A stretch of 41,683 nt of DNA from positions 1 through 41,683 of the IMG/VR virus record IMGVR_UViG_3300045285_000066; one strand, given 5' to 3'. Below are positions 1 to 9,673 of the stretch, one piece after another; within the stretch, counting starts at the first letter, position 1; every line of letters begins with the position of its first letter. This DNA comes from a virus. Taxonomy: Duplodnaviria > Caudoviricetes. Made by a program: the position numbers and the translations under genes. The notes beneath the pieces were generated by a model. The model was not told where the DNA came from, searched no databases, and saw only the letters and a program-made list of their open reading frames with translations.

Positions 1-2
1 CT

Positions 3-506
3 GTAATAGTTACACCTAGCGGGTGCTGGAGAGCTGCGCATAGACGCACAGGCAATCCACTGGCGACTCGCGGAGAAAGTGGATACGTGTACGTCAGCGT
101 TGACGGGAGGCACGTATCGTCGCACATGTCAATGTACGAAAAGGAGTGCGGACCAATACCGGATGGGCTTGAAATTGACCATCTGTGCAGAAATAGAGCT
201 TGCTGCAATCCAGCTCACCTTGAGGCTGTCACCCACAAGGTGAACGCTCTGCGCGGCACCAGCTTGGCTGCTGATAGAGCCAAAAAGACGCATTGCGTGC
301 GTGGGCACAGTTTGTCTGGATCTAACCTATACCTGTACCGCGGGCACAGGCAATGCGAGATGTGCAGGCGCATGCGTCTCAAGAGCTGGTGGCGAGACAA
401 CAGGAAAGAGTGTAACAGCAAAGCTGCCGCGTATAGAGCTAACAATCCGGAGCGCGTAGAGCGCTGGAATGCAGCCCGCAGGGCCAAGAGGAGCGCAACT
501 GTATGA
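3..506 (+). CDS. HNH homing endonuclease (5' truncated by the window edge)
   Basis: Frame is open from nt 3 (VIVTPSGCW...). Contains EIDHLCRNRACCNPAHLEAVT HNH motif and a THCxRGH...RxCxxCR zinc module. Lower GC than its neighbours. Confidence 0.9.
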   Translation, partial: VIVTPSGCWRAAHRRTGNPLATRGESGYVYVSVDGRHVSSHMSMYEKECGPIPDGLEIDHLCRNRACCNPAHLEAVTHKVNALRGTSLAADRAKKTHCVRGHSLSGSNLYLYRGHRQCEMCRRMRLKSWWRDNRKECNSKAAAYRANNPERVERWNAARRAKRSATV

Positions 507-1306
507 CTGCCACGTCCGAATGGAATCTGGTGGCTGCTGGCCCGTCCCGCGTCCACCTTCGCACCTCGCATCTGCTGCGCGGCCCAGTCGTCACGGTGAA
601 CCGCGCGCTCGATATCGCCGGTCAAGGAATCCGCGTGGACTTTGCGGCGTTTGCTGATGGCCCGCAGCCGTGCTTCCTCGGTCTCGGCATGGAGCGCTTC
701 CTCATCCTCCAGCCGCACATACAGCTCTGGATCCCGCTGCGCGTCGTCACCAAGACGATCACGGTACAGCGTCCGCCGATGATGAAGAAGTTCGTCCCGG
801 CGCCGGCCTTCCTGACCTCCGTCGCCAAGATCCTGCCGCAGACCGCACACAAGGCGCTCCTGGAGTTCTCCAAGAAGTACCTGATGGAGGCGGGCGAGCA
901 GTTCACCGTCGAGGCTCCAGGCCCGACGCTCATGCACATCTGGGATCGTGCGCTTCCGGCGTCAACCGGCATGCGCGAGCTCCCGCACGGCACCGTGCTG
1001 GACGTGAACGACCAGACCAAGGGCAGGACGGCCTTCACGACCATCTGTGCCCTGGAGCGCATCTTCATGTTCCGGCCCAAGCGCGTGCGCATCCTCTGCG
1101 CCGACATGGCTGGACCCTGGATGGAGGGCAAGACTGAGGAGGAGTGCCACGAGGCGGAGAAGGCGAAGCCCAATCAGATGGGGCCGCCGCTCGACCGCTG
1201 GCGGCACGAGAAGTACGCCCTGGATGTCGCCATCAAGAAGGCTCAGGCGGAGTTCAAGGTTGAGGTGGACTGGGTGAAGCCTGAGCCTGAGTTGGTCACG
1301 GCATGA
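503..1306 (+). CDS. Putative glycosyltransferase-like protein (Maf/DUF115 or GT42-like Rossmann start); paralog of 25869..26504
   Basis: N-terminal LVAAGPS...GPVVTVNRAL and later KRVRILCADMAG resemble the GxGPS / VN / GxD motifs of these families. ATGA overlap with the upstream gene. Confidence 0.5.
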   Translation: MTATSEWNLVAAGPSRVHLRTSHLLRGPVVTVNRALDIAGQGIRVDFAAFADGPQPCFLGLGMERFLILQPHIQLWIPLRVVTKTITVQRPPMMKKFVPAPAFLTSVAKILPQTAHKALLEFSKKYLMEAGEQFTVEAPGPTLMHIWDRALPASTGMRELPHGTVLDVNDQTKGRTAFTTICALERIFMFRPKRVRILCADMAGPWMEGKTEEECHEAEKAKPNQMGPPLDRWRHEKYALDVAIKKAQAEFKVEVDWVKPEPELVTA

Positions 1307-1980
1307 CGGCAATCAACGTCGAGATGGATGCCTTCCTGCGCCAATTCAGCGCGCAGGACTACAAGCCCATCATCCCTGCGCGCAGCGGCTTCGAGGTGGG
1401 TGTGTCTCCATCCGAGGACGAGTACCTGATCCTGTGCGTCCTGCTGCGCGCCAGTAACGCTCTGAGCATCTTAGAGTTCGGTACGTGCGTCGGCGGATCC
1501 ACGCGCATCCTCGCTCTCAACGCACCGCACGCTCAGGTCTACTCGATCGACCTTCCAGTGCCTCGCAATGACACCAAAGACGAGCACGAGCAGTTCCTGG
1601 TGGACCTGGCGCAACGCGAGCCTTGCCTCCTAGCGCGCGACCTGCCGAACGTCGCGCTGCTCAAGGGCGACTCCAGGACGTACGACTACTCGGCTATCCC
1701 CGACTGTGACTTCATCTTCATCGACGGCGGGCACGACTACGCGACGGCGAAGTCGGACACATACAACGCCTTCCGGATGCTGAACCGGAACAACCCTCAC
1801 GCGATGATCGTCTGGCACGATTGCAGCAACGACATGACCCCGGACGTGACCAGGCTGACCGACGAGCTCTCCGAGAAGCTGCCGATCTTCGGGGTGCTGG
1901 GGTTCACCCTGCGCTACTACTCGCCCTGCCTGCGACCCGAACCGATCGAGGAGGCCCTGGATGGATCCGTCGTGCACTAG
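1303..1980 (+). CDS. Class I SAM-dependent methyltransferase (Methyltransf_24-like)
   Basis: ILEFGTCVGGST, YSIDLP, GDS, DFIFIDGGHDY and IVWHD motifs. Confidence 0.85.
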   Translation: MTAINVEMDAFLRQFSAQDYKPIIPARSGFEVGVSPSEDEYLILCVLLRASNALSILEFGTCVGGSTRILALNAPHAQVYSIDLPVPRNDTKDEHEQFLVDLAQREPCLLARDLPNVALLKGDSRTYDYSAIPDCDFIFIDGGHDYATAKSDTYNAFRMLNRNNPHAMIVWHDCSNDMTPDVTRLTDELSEKLPIFGVLGFTLRYYSPCLRPEPIEEALDGSVVH

Positions 1981-1986
1981 CGCCAC

Positions 1987-2006
1987 CTTGCGAGAACGTA
2001 GCTAGC
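1987..2006 (+). promoter_or_regulatory. Candidate late promoter/operator motif upstream of the portal gene
   Basis: CTTGCGAGAACGTAGCTAGC is 17/20 identical to 5020..5039 upstream of the scaffold gene. Confidence 0.5.
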
Positions 2007-2036
2007 GTCAACGTCACTCCCTAGCCTTTCCGGCTA

Positions 2037-3944
2037 GTGGCGTTCACCAGCACTGCGGCCGGGCTCTGGACGGAGCTGAAGCGTTCCATCGAGGCGCGGG
2101 ATCAGTTCCTGGGCGAGCCGTACTGGGAGAGCGTCCGTCGCTACTGCGGCCCGATGTACCGCAACGACTCGGACACGGCGGTCGATTTCGAGAACCACAG
2201 CGCCAACTGGAAGTCGATCTTCCTGCCCATCCTGGCTTCCGGAAACCCGCGCGTGCGCGGTCACACGCCACGTCTGGGTGGTGCGGTAGCCTTCGCCAAG
2301 GCGGTCGAGCTCGCGGTCAACCGGAACTTCGAGCTGACCGACGTGAAGCGCACGATCGAGCAGCTGGCGACCGACTGGGCCGACAAGTGGTCCGTCGCGC
2401 TGACGACGCCCACCCCGCAGCCTGGCATGCGTGAGCGCGAAGACCCGCCCTTCCGTCCGACGACGAAGCGCCTCAGCCTCGAAGACTACACCTGGGACCA
2501 CCTGACGAAACAGCACGCTGAGGCCCGCTTCCAGGCCCACCGTGTCGTGCGCGACAAGGAGGACGTGCTGGAAGAGGCCGCGAACTTCCCGCAGCGCGGG
2601 TGGAACGAAGCCATCGTGGACGCGATGGGTACCGACAAGGCGCGGCAACGCCAGCGCCAGCGACTCTCCACCAGCTCGCAGCGCGGTGAGGTCGAGTACT
2701 GGGAGGTCTGGGTGCCCGAGATCAACCTGGAGACCGCGCTCGACATCAACGGCGAGGAGTTCCAGCCCACCGCCGACACCGGCTACAACGGCACGATCTT
2801 CACCATCTGCCCGGAGGCGAGCGAGCACCTGCGCGAGCCTCGTCCGTTCTGGGGACCGCGCGACGGGCCGTACACCTACTCCGGCTACCTCTACGTGCCT
2901 GATGAGGTGGTGCCGCTCTCGCCGCTGGTGATGACCGCTGCGCAGGCCGAGATCTACAACTCGGTGATGTCCTCGGCGATCCAGAACATCCGCGGCTACA
3001 AGCGCGGGATCGCGGTCGGATCTGATGCTGGCAAGCTCGCCGATGTCCTGGAGGAGTTCCAGGACTCAGGCATCCTGACGGTGGAGTCGATCGGCAAGCT
3101 CCAGGAGCAGCTCCAGCAGATCGAGCTCCTGGGCCTCACACCGCAACACCAGCTTCAGATCACGATGCTGCGCGACCTCCTGGAGCGCTCCTCGGGCATC
3201 TCGGAAGCCCTGCAAGGCCAGACCTCCGGTGCGACGGCGACCGAAGCCTCGATCGCCTCCATGTCGGTCGGCAAGCGCATGGGGTACATGACCGAGAAGT
3301 TCATCGGCGGGATGGTGAAGCCGATCGCCAAGAAGGAAGCCTGGTACTTGGCGATGGACCCCCGCAGCCGCACGTCTCTCGGTGCGCTCGCCGAGGGCAT
3401 GTTCATGGATCCGAAGACGGGTCAGCCGATCGAGATGCCGGTGCTTGTGGGGGGACCCGAGCACGGGGATCTGCTGGAGGACTTCGATGTCGAGATCCAG
3501 CCCATCAGCATGCGCTTCACGACCGAGATGCTGGAGGCAGAGCGCGCCGCGAGCTGGGAGCAGTTCGTGCTCTCGACCGCACCGATGATCCCGACCACGC
3601 CCTACATCGACTGGAGCCTGATGTTCTCCAGGAAGGCCGAGCAGCTGGGCGACCCGTCGCTCGCCAGGGTGGTGGACGTGGAGAAGGCCCTGATGATGGG
3701 CAAGCTCCAGATGATGATGACGATGGGCGTCCTGGGTGCTCAGGCGCCTCTCCAGTCGCAGCAGACGAGCTCTCAGCCTAGACTGGGCATCGACATGCCG
3801 AAGCCCCAAGCCCCGCCTGCGCCGCAGCTCAAGGCGAGTGAGAGGCCCGGAGGCTTCTCCAGCAACGCGCGCAAGACCGCTGCGACGAGCGGCCAGAAGA
3901 ACAAAGCCCCACGAACCGCTGGGGCTTCCTCCTCGACACGGTGA
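2037..3944 (+). CDS. Portal protein (podovirus/P22-like)
   Basis: 635 aa, upstream of scaffold and capsid. SGISEALQGQTSGATATEASI matches the typical portal TATE motif. Low-complexity C-terminal tail. Confidence 0.8.
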   Translation: MAFTSTAAGLWTELKRSIEARDQFLGEPYWESVRRYCGPMYRNDSDTAVDFENHSANWKSIFLPILASGNPRVRGHTPRLGGAVAFAKAVELAVNRNFELTDVKRTIEQLATDWADKWSVALTTPTPQPGMREREDPPFRPTTKRLSLEDYTWDHLTKQHAEARFQAHRVVRDKEDVLEEAANFPQRGWNEAIVDAMGTDKARQRQRQRLSTSSQRGEVEYWEVWVPEINLETALDINGEEFQPTADTGYNGTIFTICPEASEHLREPRPFWGPRDGPYTYSGYLYVPDEVVPLSPLVMTAAQAEIYNSVMSSAIQNIRGYKRGIAVGSDAGKLADVLEEFQDSGILTVESIGKLQEQLQQIELLGLTPQHQLQITMLRDLLERSSGISEALQGQTSGATATEASIASMSVGKRMGYMTEKFIGGMVKPIAKKEAWYLAMDPRSRTSLGALAEGMFMDPKTGQPIEMPVLVGGPEHGDLLEDFDVEIQPISMRFTTEMLEAERAASWEQFVLSTAPMIPTTPYIDWSLMFSRKAEQLGDPSLARVVDVEKALMMGKLQMMMTMGVLGAQAPLQSQQTSSQPRLGIDMPKPQAPPAPQLKASERPGGFSSNARKTAATSGQKNKAPRTAGASSSTR

Positions 3945-4183
3945 ACCACATGCCTAGCCAAAAAAATTGGGAGGGTACCTCTCCCCCGAAGAAGGCCGCT
4001 GAGCCCGCGAAGACCACCACCAACCGTTCCGAGGGGAACTGGGTAGGCGGCGGGACGAGCAAGTCCAAGCCGAACTACGCCACCAAGCCGCAGGTGAACT
4101 TCGAGGGCTCGATCGACATCCCGACGCGCTTCGAGAAGGGCCAGGGCCAGAAGCCTGGCACTGGTCAGCAGGGCGGCTTCTAG
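3941..4183 (+). CDS. Hypothetical protein
   Basis: Overlaps the portal stop (GTGA); codon usage matches neighbouring genes. Confidence 0.6.
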   Translation: MNHMPSQKNWEGTSPPKKAAEPAKTTTNRSEGNWVGGGTSKSKPNYATKPQVNFEGSIDIPTRFEKGQGQKPGTGQQGGF

Positions 4184-4185
4184 CC

Positions 4186-4461
4186 GTGGGCCGCTACACG
4201 CAGCGGCAGGACAACAACCGCCGCAACGCCAAGAAGGAGGTCGCCTTCATCGACAGCTACGGCGGTTCCACGCTCAACAAGTCCCAGGCGATCATCAACG
4301 CCAGCAAGGGGGAGAAGTTCAAGGGCGTCATGTCGCCTGGTGCTGCGCCACGCCCTGATCCTGCCGCCAGCAACCGCCTGGCGCACGTCGGCATGAACGG
4401 CGCTCCGAACGTGTACGAGGAGAAGTACCAGGGGCGGATGAAGAAGCGCGGGATGCGCTGA
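4186..4461 (+). CDS. Hypothetical basic protein
   Basis: Tightly packed in the operon; GC3-rich codons. Confidence 0.6.
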   Translation: MGRYTQRQDNNRRNAKKEVAFIDSYGGSTLNKSQAIINASKGEKFKGVMSPGAAPRPDPAASNRLAHVGMNGAPNVYEEKYQGRMKKRGMR

Positions 4462-4703
4462 TGGACAGGAGGGGATTCTTCGGATGGCTCACTTCAAGCG
4501 TTGCCGGGCTCGCCGTCATTCCCTCTCTTGCTCCACGCCTGGGCGGACCGGGAACTCCCTCAAAGACACACTCACCGGCAAGCGCGCTCCCGCCCGACGA
4601 CGTGCCGAGCTCCGCCTACACGGCTACATCCGGGTACATCCAGACGATCTCGACTACCGTTGACTGGTCTGGAATCCCCTGGGTCTACACGGTGAACCGC
4701 TGA
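4461..4703 (+). CDS. Small protein with twin-arginine (Tat)-like signal peptide
   Basis: MDRRGFFGWLTSSVAGLAVIP fits RRxFx plus a hydrophobic stretch. TGATG coupling on both sides. Confidence 0.6.
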   Translation: MDRRGFFGWLTSSVAGLAVIPSLAPRLGGPGTPSKTHSPASALPPDDVPSSAYTATSGYIQTISTTVDWSGIPWVYTVNR

Positions 4704-5005
4704 TGGGCATCTGCCACTGGGATCCCGAGACGAAGAGCATCCAGCCTGGCCCTGGACCTACCAGGGTCGGCTCTGGATCTCAGGTCATGTCCCGCCACGG
4801 CGACAAGGGCGGCATCAGCTTCCAGATCCCTGAGGGCTGGACTGGCGGATCCGACAAGATCCGCCACGTCCCTGACGGCCCCTTCAAGGGGAGAGTATTC
4901 TGGACCTCTCAGGCGGAGGCGAGGGAGATCGCCAAGCGCCTGGAGGACAAGGGCGGCACAAGGGTCCGCTACGGCGAGTCCTCGCTCAACTCACGACGTA
5001 AGTAG
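4703..5005 (+). CDS. Hypothetical protein
   Basis: TGATG coupling; lies between portal and scaffold genes. Confidence 0.6.
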   Translation: MGICHWDPETKSIQPGPGPTRVGSGSQVMSRHGDKGGISFQIPEGWTGGSDKIRHVPDGPFKGRVFWTSQAEAREIAKRLEDKGGTRVRYGESSLNSRRK

Positions 5006-5006
5006 A

Positions 5007-5039
5007 CGCAAGCTGGCAGCTTGCGACAACATAGATAGC
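5007..5039 (+). promoter_or_regulatory. Perfect palindrome CGCAAGCTG-G-CAGCTTGCG overlapping a second copy of the late motif
   Basis: Inverted repeat at 5007..5025; CTTGCGACAACATAGATAGC at 5020..5039. Confidence 0.5.
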
Positions 5040-5069
5040 TGATGCTGTGGGTGCCTATCTTCGCTCGGC

Positions 5070-6101
5070 ATGAGCGAAGAGAAACTTGAGGGGATTCCCC
5101 TTCCGGGTACCGCTGAAGTTGCCGAGACGCCCGTTCCCGCTGCGAAGCCTGATCCGCTGGCGTCGCACAAGGCGGCCTTCGACAAGCTCATCTCCGAGCG
5201 CAAGACCGAGCCCTCCAAGCAGTACGCGACGGTTGACAAGCCCAAGAAGGCGGAGGCCGTCAAGGCCGCCGAGCCTGAGCCGGCAGAAGCGGAAGGGGCC
5301 GAAGAGACCAAGCCTGAGCCGAAGAAGCCTGCTGAGTTGACTGGGCTGCGTCAGCGCCTCGTCCTCGCCGGCAACCCGCGCAAGGCAGTTGAGTCACTCA
5401 GCGACACCGAAGTCGATGAGTGGTGGACGAAGCAGGAACAGCGTGAGCGGAGCGCCGCGACCGCCATCCAGCGGACAGCTGAACTTGAGAAGAAGCTCGC
5501 AGAGAACACCAAATCGTCGGAGCCCCCGGAGGTGCCCACTGATGACTTGGATCTCGAAGAGATCGCTTCCAAGCTCTCATCCCAGTTCGGCGAGGATGAA
5601 GGCAAGGCACTCGCAGACGTTCTCCAGTCGCTGATCGCGCCTCTCCAGCAGGAGAACAAGGCGATCAAGGAGCTCATCGAGACTGCGCGCAAGCGCGGGC
5701 AAGAAGAGATCTCCGACCGCAACCGGAAGCGCCTCGCGAAGCTCCTACCCGCTGTGAAAGAGAACGCGGATGTCTGGAGTTCTATCCAGCGCCGCGCTCA
5801 GGAAGAGTGGCAGAAGGATCCTCAGAAGTTCTCCACGGCCGAGGAAGCCTACGACGACTCTTTCCAGAAGCTCTATGGAGCCTTGCTCCCTCAAGAGCCA
5901 TCGCCTGCCGCAGTCCCAGACAACGCCAAGGAGAAGGCGCGGATCGCAGCATCCGCGGTTACCGCACCCAATTCTCAGAAGCGTGAGCGCGTCTATACGC
6001 CCATCGACGCGCACAGAGCTGCATTCAACGCTCTCCTGAAGAATGAGAACGACGTTGCCGGCGCGCAGCGAGCCTTCACGAAAACGCTGACGCCGCAATA
6101 G
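5070..6101 (+). CDS. Capsid scaffolding protein
   Basis: Acidic, E/K/P-rich, coiled-coil-like; immediately upstream of the capsid gene. Confidence 0.75.
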   Translation: MSEEKLEGIPLPGTAEVAETPVPAAKPDPLASHKAAFDKLISERKTEPSKQYATVDKPKKAEAVKAAEPEPAEAEGAEETKPEPKKPAELTGLRQRLVLAGNPRKAVESLSDTEVDEWWTKQEQRERSAATAIQRTAELEKKLAENTKSSEPPEVPTDDLDLEEIASKLSSQFGEDEGKALADVLQSLIAPLQQENKAIKELIETARKRGQEEISDRNRKRLAKLLPAVKENADVWSSIQRRAQEEWQKDPQKFSTAEEAYDDSFQKLYGALLPQEPSPAAVPDNAKEKARIAASAVTAPNSQKRERVYTPIDAHRAAFNALLKNENDVAGAQRAFTKTLTPQ

Positions 6102-6114
6102 GAGTTTCGATCAA

Positions 6115-7371
6115 ATGTCGGGCACCTCCATTCAGCTTCACAACAACTTCATCGAGTCCACTGGACCGCTGTACGTCACGAGCCCCGATGGGGTCATCAA
6201 CGACGCGCAGCGGAACAAGACGTACTCGATCACGGGCCTCATGGGAGGCGACCGTGGCAAGAAGAAGATGGTCCAAGGCGGGCGAGACATTCGCTTCGCC
6301 TCGATCTTCGAGACTGGTCAGCGCACGCGCTTCCACCAGCCTGGCGCAACGCAGAACTGGGCACAGCCCCAGAAGCTCGTCCACGGCGTCGCTCAGTGGC
6401 GCTTCCTCATCACGGACATGTCCTGGAACCTCCAGGATGTCGAGCTGTCTCTTGCCGGCGTGGCCGAGAGTGACATGTTCGACAAGTTCGTGGACATGAA
6501 GCGCAACTACGAGCAGGTCATGTGGACCGACAAGTGGGACTTCATGGAAGAGCACATCTGGTCGGAGCCCGACTTCACGGAGATGGAATCCGTGGCTGGC
6601 GGCGAGACCGGCAAGATGTACTCTGTCCCGGCGTTCCTGAACGAGTACCCCAGCGGTCTCTTCAACTCGACTGCCGGCGGCAACCCCGGCGTTGCCTGGA
6701 CGACCATCGAGAACATCGACCCGACGAGCACGGTCCGCGGTCAGAACCGCTTCGTGCAGAACTCGGTCTCCTACTCGAACGAAGGCACGAACGCGACCGG
6801 TAGCGGTCCTTCGCAGGCCAGCTCGCTCATGGGCGCTTTCCGCAAGGCGTGGCAGAAGTGCCACTTCGAGAAGCCGCCGAACCACGGCGAGTACTACTCG
6901 AACCCGGCCTACGACAAGCAGCAGTTCTTCACCTCGCCTGAAGGGCAGACTGCCTTCCAGATGTTCCTGAGCCAGTTCCAGGACACGTTCGTCATCGAGG
7001 GTCGCCAAGACCCGGCGTTCCCCGACCCGTCCTACAACTTCATCCCGGTCAAGTACGTCAACGCGCTCACGACCGCGACGCTGTACCCGAACAACACCAC
7101 GGTTGCATCGGCTACGGCGAACATCGCGGAAGGCACGAACGCGACGGGCAACAAGCGCGGGCCTCGCTACTACCTCACCAACAGCGAGTACCTGTACCCG
7201 ACCTTCCACGACACCTACTTCTTCCTGAGGGGCAAGGTGCGTGAGCACTTCAACGATCCGGACACGTTCGTCGTGCCGGTGCGCACCTGGGGCAACCTCA
7301 TCTGCACCTCGCGGATGCGGCACTGCCTGATCTCCCCGACTGGCAACCTGTACGCCAGCCTCTACACCTGA
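6115..7371 (+). CDS. Major capsid protein
   Basis: 418 aa, Shine-Dalgarno (SD) AGGAG, strongest codon bias in the window. GGRDIRF and WGNLICTSR ends are typical of podophage HK97-fold capsids. Expected position. Confidence 0.85.
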   Translation: MSGTSIQLHNNFIESTGPLYVTSPDGVINDAQRNKTYSITGLMGGDRGKKKMVQGGRDIRFASIFETGQRTRFHQPGATQNWAQPQKLVHGVAQWRFLITDMSWNLQDVELSLAGVAESDMFDKFVDMKRNYEQVMWTDKWDFMEEHIWSEPDFTEMESVAGGETGKMYSVPAFLNEYPSGLFNSTAGGNPGVAWTTIENIDPTSTVRGQNRFVQNSVSYSNEGTNATGSGPSQASSLMGAFRKAWQKCHFEKPPNHGEYYSNPAYDKQQFFTSPEGQTAFQMFLSQFQDTFVIEGRQDPAFPDPSYNFIPVKYVNALTTATLYPNNTTVASATANIAEGTNATGNKRGPRYYLTNSEYLYPTFHDTYFFLRGKVREHFNDPDTFVVPVRTWGNLICTSRMRHCLISPTGNLYASLYT

Positions 7372-7392
7372 TCCAAGAAAGGAGACACTCCA

Positions 7393-7986
7393 ATGTTCTG
7401 GCTTATGAAACCCGCTGGTGTCCCCGATACGGTCGGGGGTCTGGCTCCCATCGACTTCCCCGAAGTGGTCTGCGTCAACCGTTCCGGCGGCACGCACACC
7501 TTCGGCGAGGTTGTTGCCCTGGCGATTCCTCCTGGCAATGCTGCCACGTTCATCGCCACTAACGACTCCAATAGCTACCGTCCTGGCGCTTCCAATGACA
7601 CGGTTTGGAACACGGTCGTTGACCCGACAACCAACCAGCTTGTCAGCGGTGGCGCGACCACTCGTCGCTCCACCGTCTTCGGTGTCTGCACGACGCGAGG
7701 CGCTGGGGTTCTAAACAACGCCAAGGGAACCTACAAGTTCTTCGGCCTGATCGAGCAGGCGTTCGTTATCAAGTCCACCGGCACCAACGCCGCGATTGGC
7801 CTTGCTGCTGGAGCTCCGCTGACGGTGACTATCACCAACAGCTTCAACGGTCTCGTGGCGTCCAACCGCGTTGTGGTTGCGACGTACATGGACATCCAGG
7901 GCACCAACGTCGCTCGCAGGTTGCGTCGCGTCATGCTCCACAACGGCTTGTGGCCCAGCGCCTACGGCACGACCGGCGTCACCTAG
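7393..7986 (+). CDS. Capsid decoration/cement protein (putative)
   Basis: Strong SD (AAGGAG), G/T/A/V-rich, directly after the capsid gene and before a hairpin. Confidence 0.55.
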   Translation: MFWLMKPAGVPDTVGGLAPIDFPEVVCVNRSGGTHTFGEVVALAIPPGNAATFIATNDSNSYRPGASNDTVWNTVVDPTTNQLVSGGATTRRSTVFGVCTTRGAGVLNNAKGTYKFFGLIEQAFVIKSTGTNAAIGLAAGAPLTVTITNSFNGLVASNRVVVATYMDIQGTNVARRLRRVMLHNGLWPSAYGTTGVT

Positions 7987-8012
7987 CCCTCTCTCTCCCC
8001 CCCCTCTCGCTC

Positions 8013-8050
8013 GGGCCCCGCCCTCGTCATCCTCGGCGGGTGCGGGGCCC
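8013..8050 (+). terminator. GC-rich hairpin after the capsid block (terminator/attenuator candidate)
   Basis: GGGCCCCGC...GCGGGGCCC inverted repeat, preceded by a polypyrimidine run; only a weak T-tract follows. Confidence 0.5.
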
Positions 8051-8060
8051 ACTTACTTAC

Positions 8061-9026
8061 ATGTCCATCCAAACCGCTCGGATCTCGGAGAACATGCGCC
8101 ACGCGCTCGGCGGTGGCGACCTCTCCGTGGAGCTGGACAAGTTCCAGGTGCTGAACGAGGCCGGCGAGTACCTACACGCCATGCACGCCTGGAACTGGGC
8201 CAGGGGGCGTTCTGCGCTGCTCGACCTTCGAGGCTCGCTCTCTGGTACAACGGCGACATGGACCGCAGCGACCAAGACCCTGACGGCCACAGGCGCGTTC
8301 ACCAGCTACGCCTTCTTGGCCGGGGACGAGATCGAGATCACGGCGGGAACCGGAGCTACGACTGGCGTGTACACCGTCGCCTCCAGAACCTCAGCGAACG
8401 CGATCGTCCTGACGACCTCGCTGTCCTCCGTGGACCTTTCGACGGGCGACATCGCGTGGTCGATCTTCCCATCGACGATCGCCCTGCCTGAGGATCTGCG
8501 CGACATCATCTCGATCGCGCCCACGCGCACCAGCAACCGCGCGCGCATCTGCCTCACCAGCCTCGACCACATCAACCAGAACCGCGGCGCCAACGCCCTG
8601 GTGCAGAGCCCTGCGCTCTTCTATGGCGCGGTGGTCTACACGGGCGCGACGCCCACGCCCATCCTGGAGCTCTGGCCTTCTCCTGGAGCCAACGAGACCG
8701 GCGCCATGAGGATCTTCTACACGGCGCGCTGGGTGCGCCAGACGAACGACTTCGGGGTGATCGCCATCCCCGAGTTCATGGAGAATCTGCTGACGTTCAT
8801 CTGCCGTGCCTTCGCGCAAGGCTACGAGCGTGAGGCCGAGTCCAGCCTCCACAAGCGCCTGGCGGAGATCCAGGCTGGCCCTGTGTACGCTGCTGCGGTG
8901 AGGAGCGATGGCGAGGTGCAGGCGATCCACGGCAGACCGAGAGGCGGCGGCGCCGAGGTCTGGGGCCGGCGTCGGCGCTACGGAGGCTTCAACTCCCTCA
9001 TCAACCTACCGGGGCAGCCTGTGTGA
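8061..9026 (+). CDS. Head-tail adaptor / tail tubular protein A-like
   Basis: Likely start MSIQTARIS at 8061. LNEAGEYL...WNW, ALPEDLRDI, LELWPSP and IPEFMENLL motifs are typical of adaptors; there is an internal T/G/A-rich beta insert. Confidence 0.7.
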   Translation: MSIQTARISENMRHALGGGDLSVELDKFQVLNEAGEYLHAMHAWNWARGRSALLDLRGSLSGTTATWTAATKTLTATGAFTSYAFLAGDEIEITAGTGATTGVYTVASRTSANAIVLTTSLSSVDLSTGDIAWSIFPSTIALPEDLRDIISIAPTRTSNRARICLTSLDHINQNRGANALVQSPALFYGAVVYTGATPTPILELWPSPGANETGAMRIFYTARWVRQTNDFGVIAIPEFMENLLTFICRAFAQGYEREAESSLHKRLAEIQAGPVYAAAVRSDGEVQAIHGRPRGGGAEVWGRRRRYGGFNSLINLPGQPV

Positions 9027-9028
9027 AG

Positions 9029-9673
9029 CTAGCGATGGCCACTGGACTGATTTCTTCCGCGCACCGGAGGCAAGAAGAGGAGCTTGTCTATGGGCCACCC
9101 ATTCAAGTGTCTACGGTACAGCGTATGGTAGCAGATGCCAGTCCTAGTGGACCACTCAGAGAGTGGAAGCCTCTCTCCTGCGTTTTCGATCCATATAACA
9201 GCCTGACGAGAGTTCCTACGCTGCTCGGACATTGTTGCCCAGCGGCAGTTGCCCTTGCTGTATGGGCCGGAGTTGTCGATTCGGTCAAGCGTGAGTCTCG
9301 CGTCGGGCTTGTCACCCATGTCTTCAAGGAACGCCTTGAAGGACTTGCGCCAACGTTCGCACACGTGTATCCCCCTGGCGCCGTAGTAGCGAAAGACCTT
9401 ATCTTTTTCGTTGTGACACCTGGATATCATCTTGCTCCATGTGGAGTAGATGTTCGTTCCTCCTCTTCCGTGCGATTCGCGCTTACATCCGCAGGATCTG
9501 GTGTTTCCAGTGAGGAGGTTGTTCGACAGTACTTTGAGTTCTCTTCCGCACTCACATCGACAAGTCCACAACGCGACACGGCTACCTCCGCTTCTTTCGC
9601 GGTAGCCGATCATCCGCAATGCGGTGAGCATCCCGAACTTCATGTTGGAGATGTCTCTGGGGGGGCGAACCAT
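9029..9673 (-). CDS. HNH homing endonuclease, antisense to the virion operon
   Basis: WxCxCxCG...SCGC, W..M..RC, YGARGIxVCERW and LDRIDNSGPYSKGNCRWAT motifs. Confidence 0.92.
   Translation of the reverse strand: MVRPPRDISNMKFGMLTALRMIGYRERSGGSRVALWTCRCECGRELKVLSNNLLTGNTRSCGCKRESHGRGGTNIYSTWSKMISRCHNEKDKVFRYYGARGIHVCERWRKSFKAFLEDMGDKPDARLTLDRIDNSGPYSKGNCRWATMSEQRRNSRQAVIWIENAGERLPLSEWSTRTGICYHTLYRRHLNGWPIDKLLFLPPVRGRNQSSGHR

Noticed and set aside
6076-7497. Long antisense ORFs over the capsid, portal, tail and ejection genes
   Set aside because: Shadow frames caused by high GC3 on the coding strand; no motifs.
7950-8060. Upstream extension of the adaptor ORF
   Set aside because: It runs through the decoration gene stop, the pyrimidine tract and the hairpin. 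The ATG at 8061 is more plausible.
9624-9671. GTG start of the tail nozzle gene at 9624
   Set aside because: It lies inside the antisense HNH; the family-like N-terminus begins at ATG 9672.
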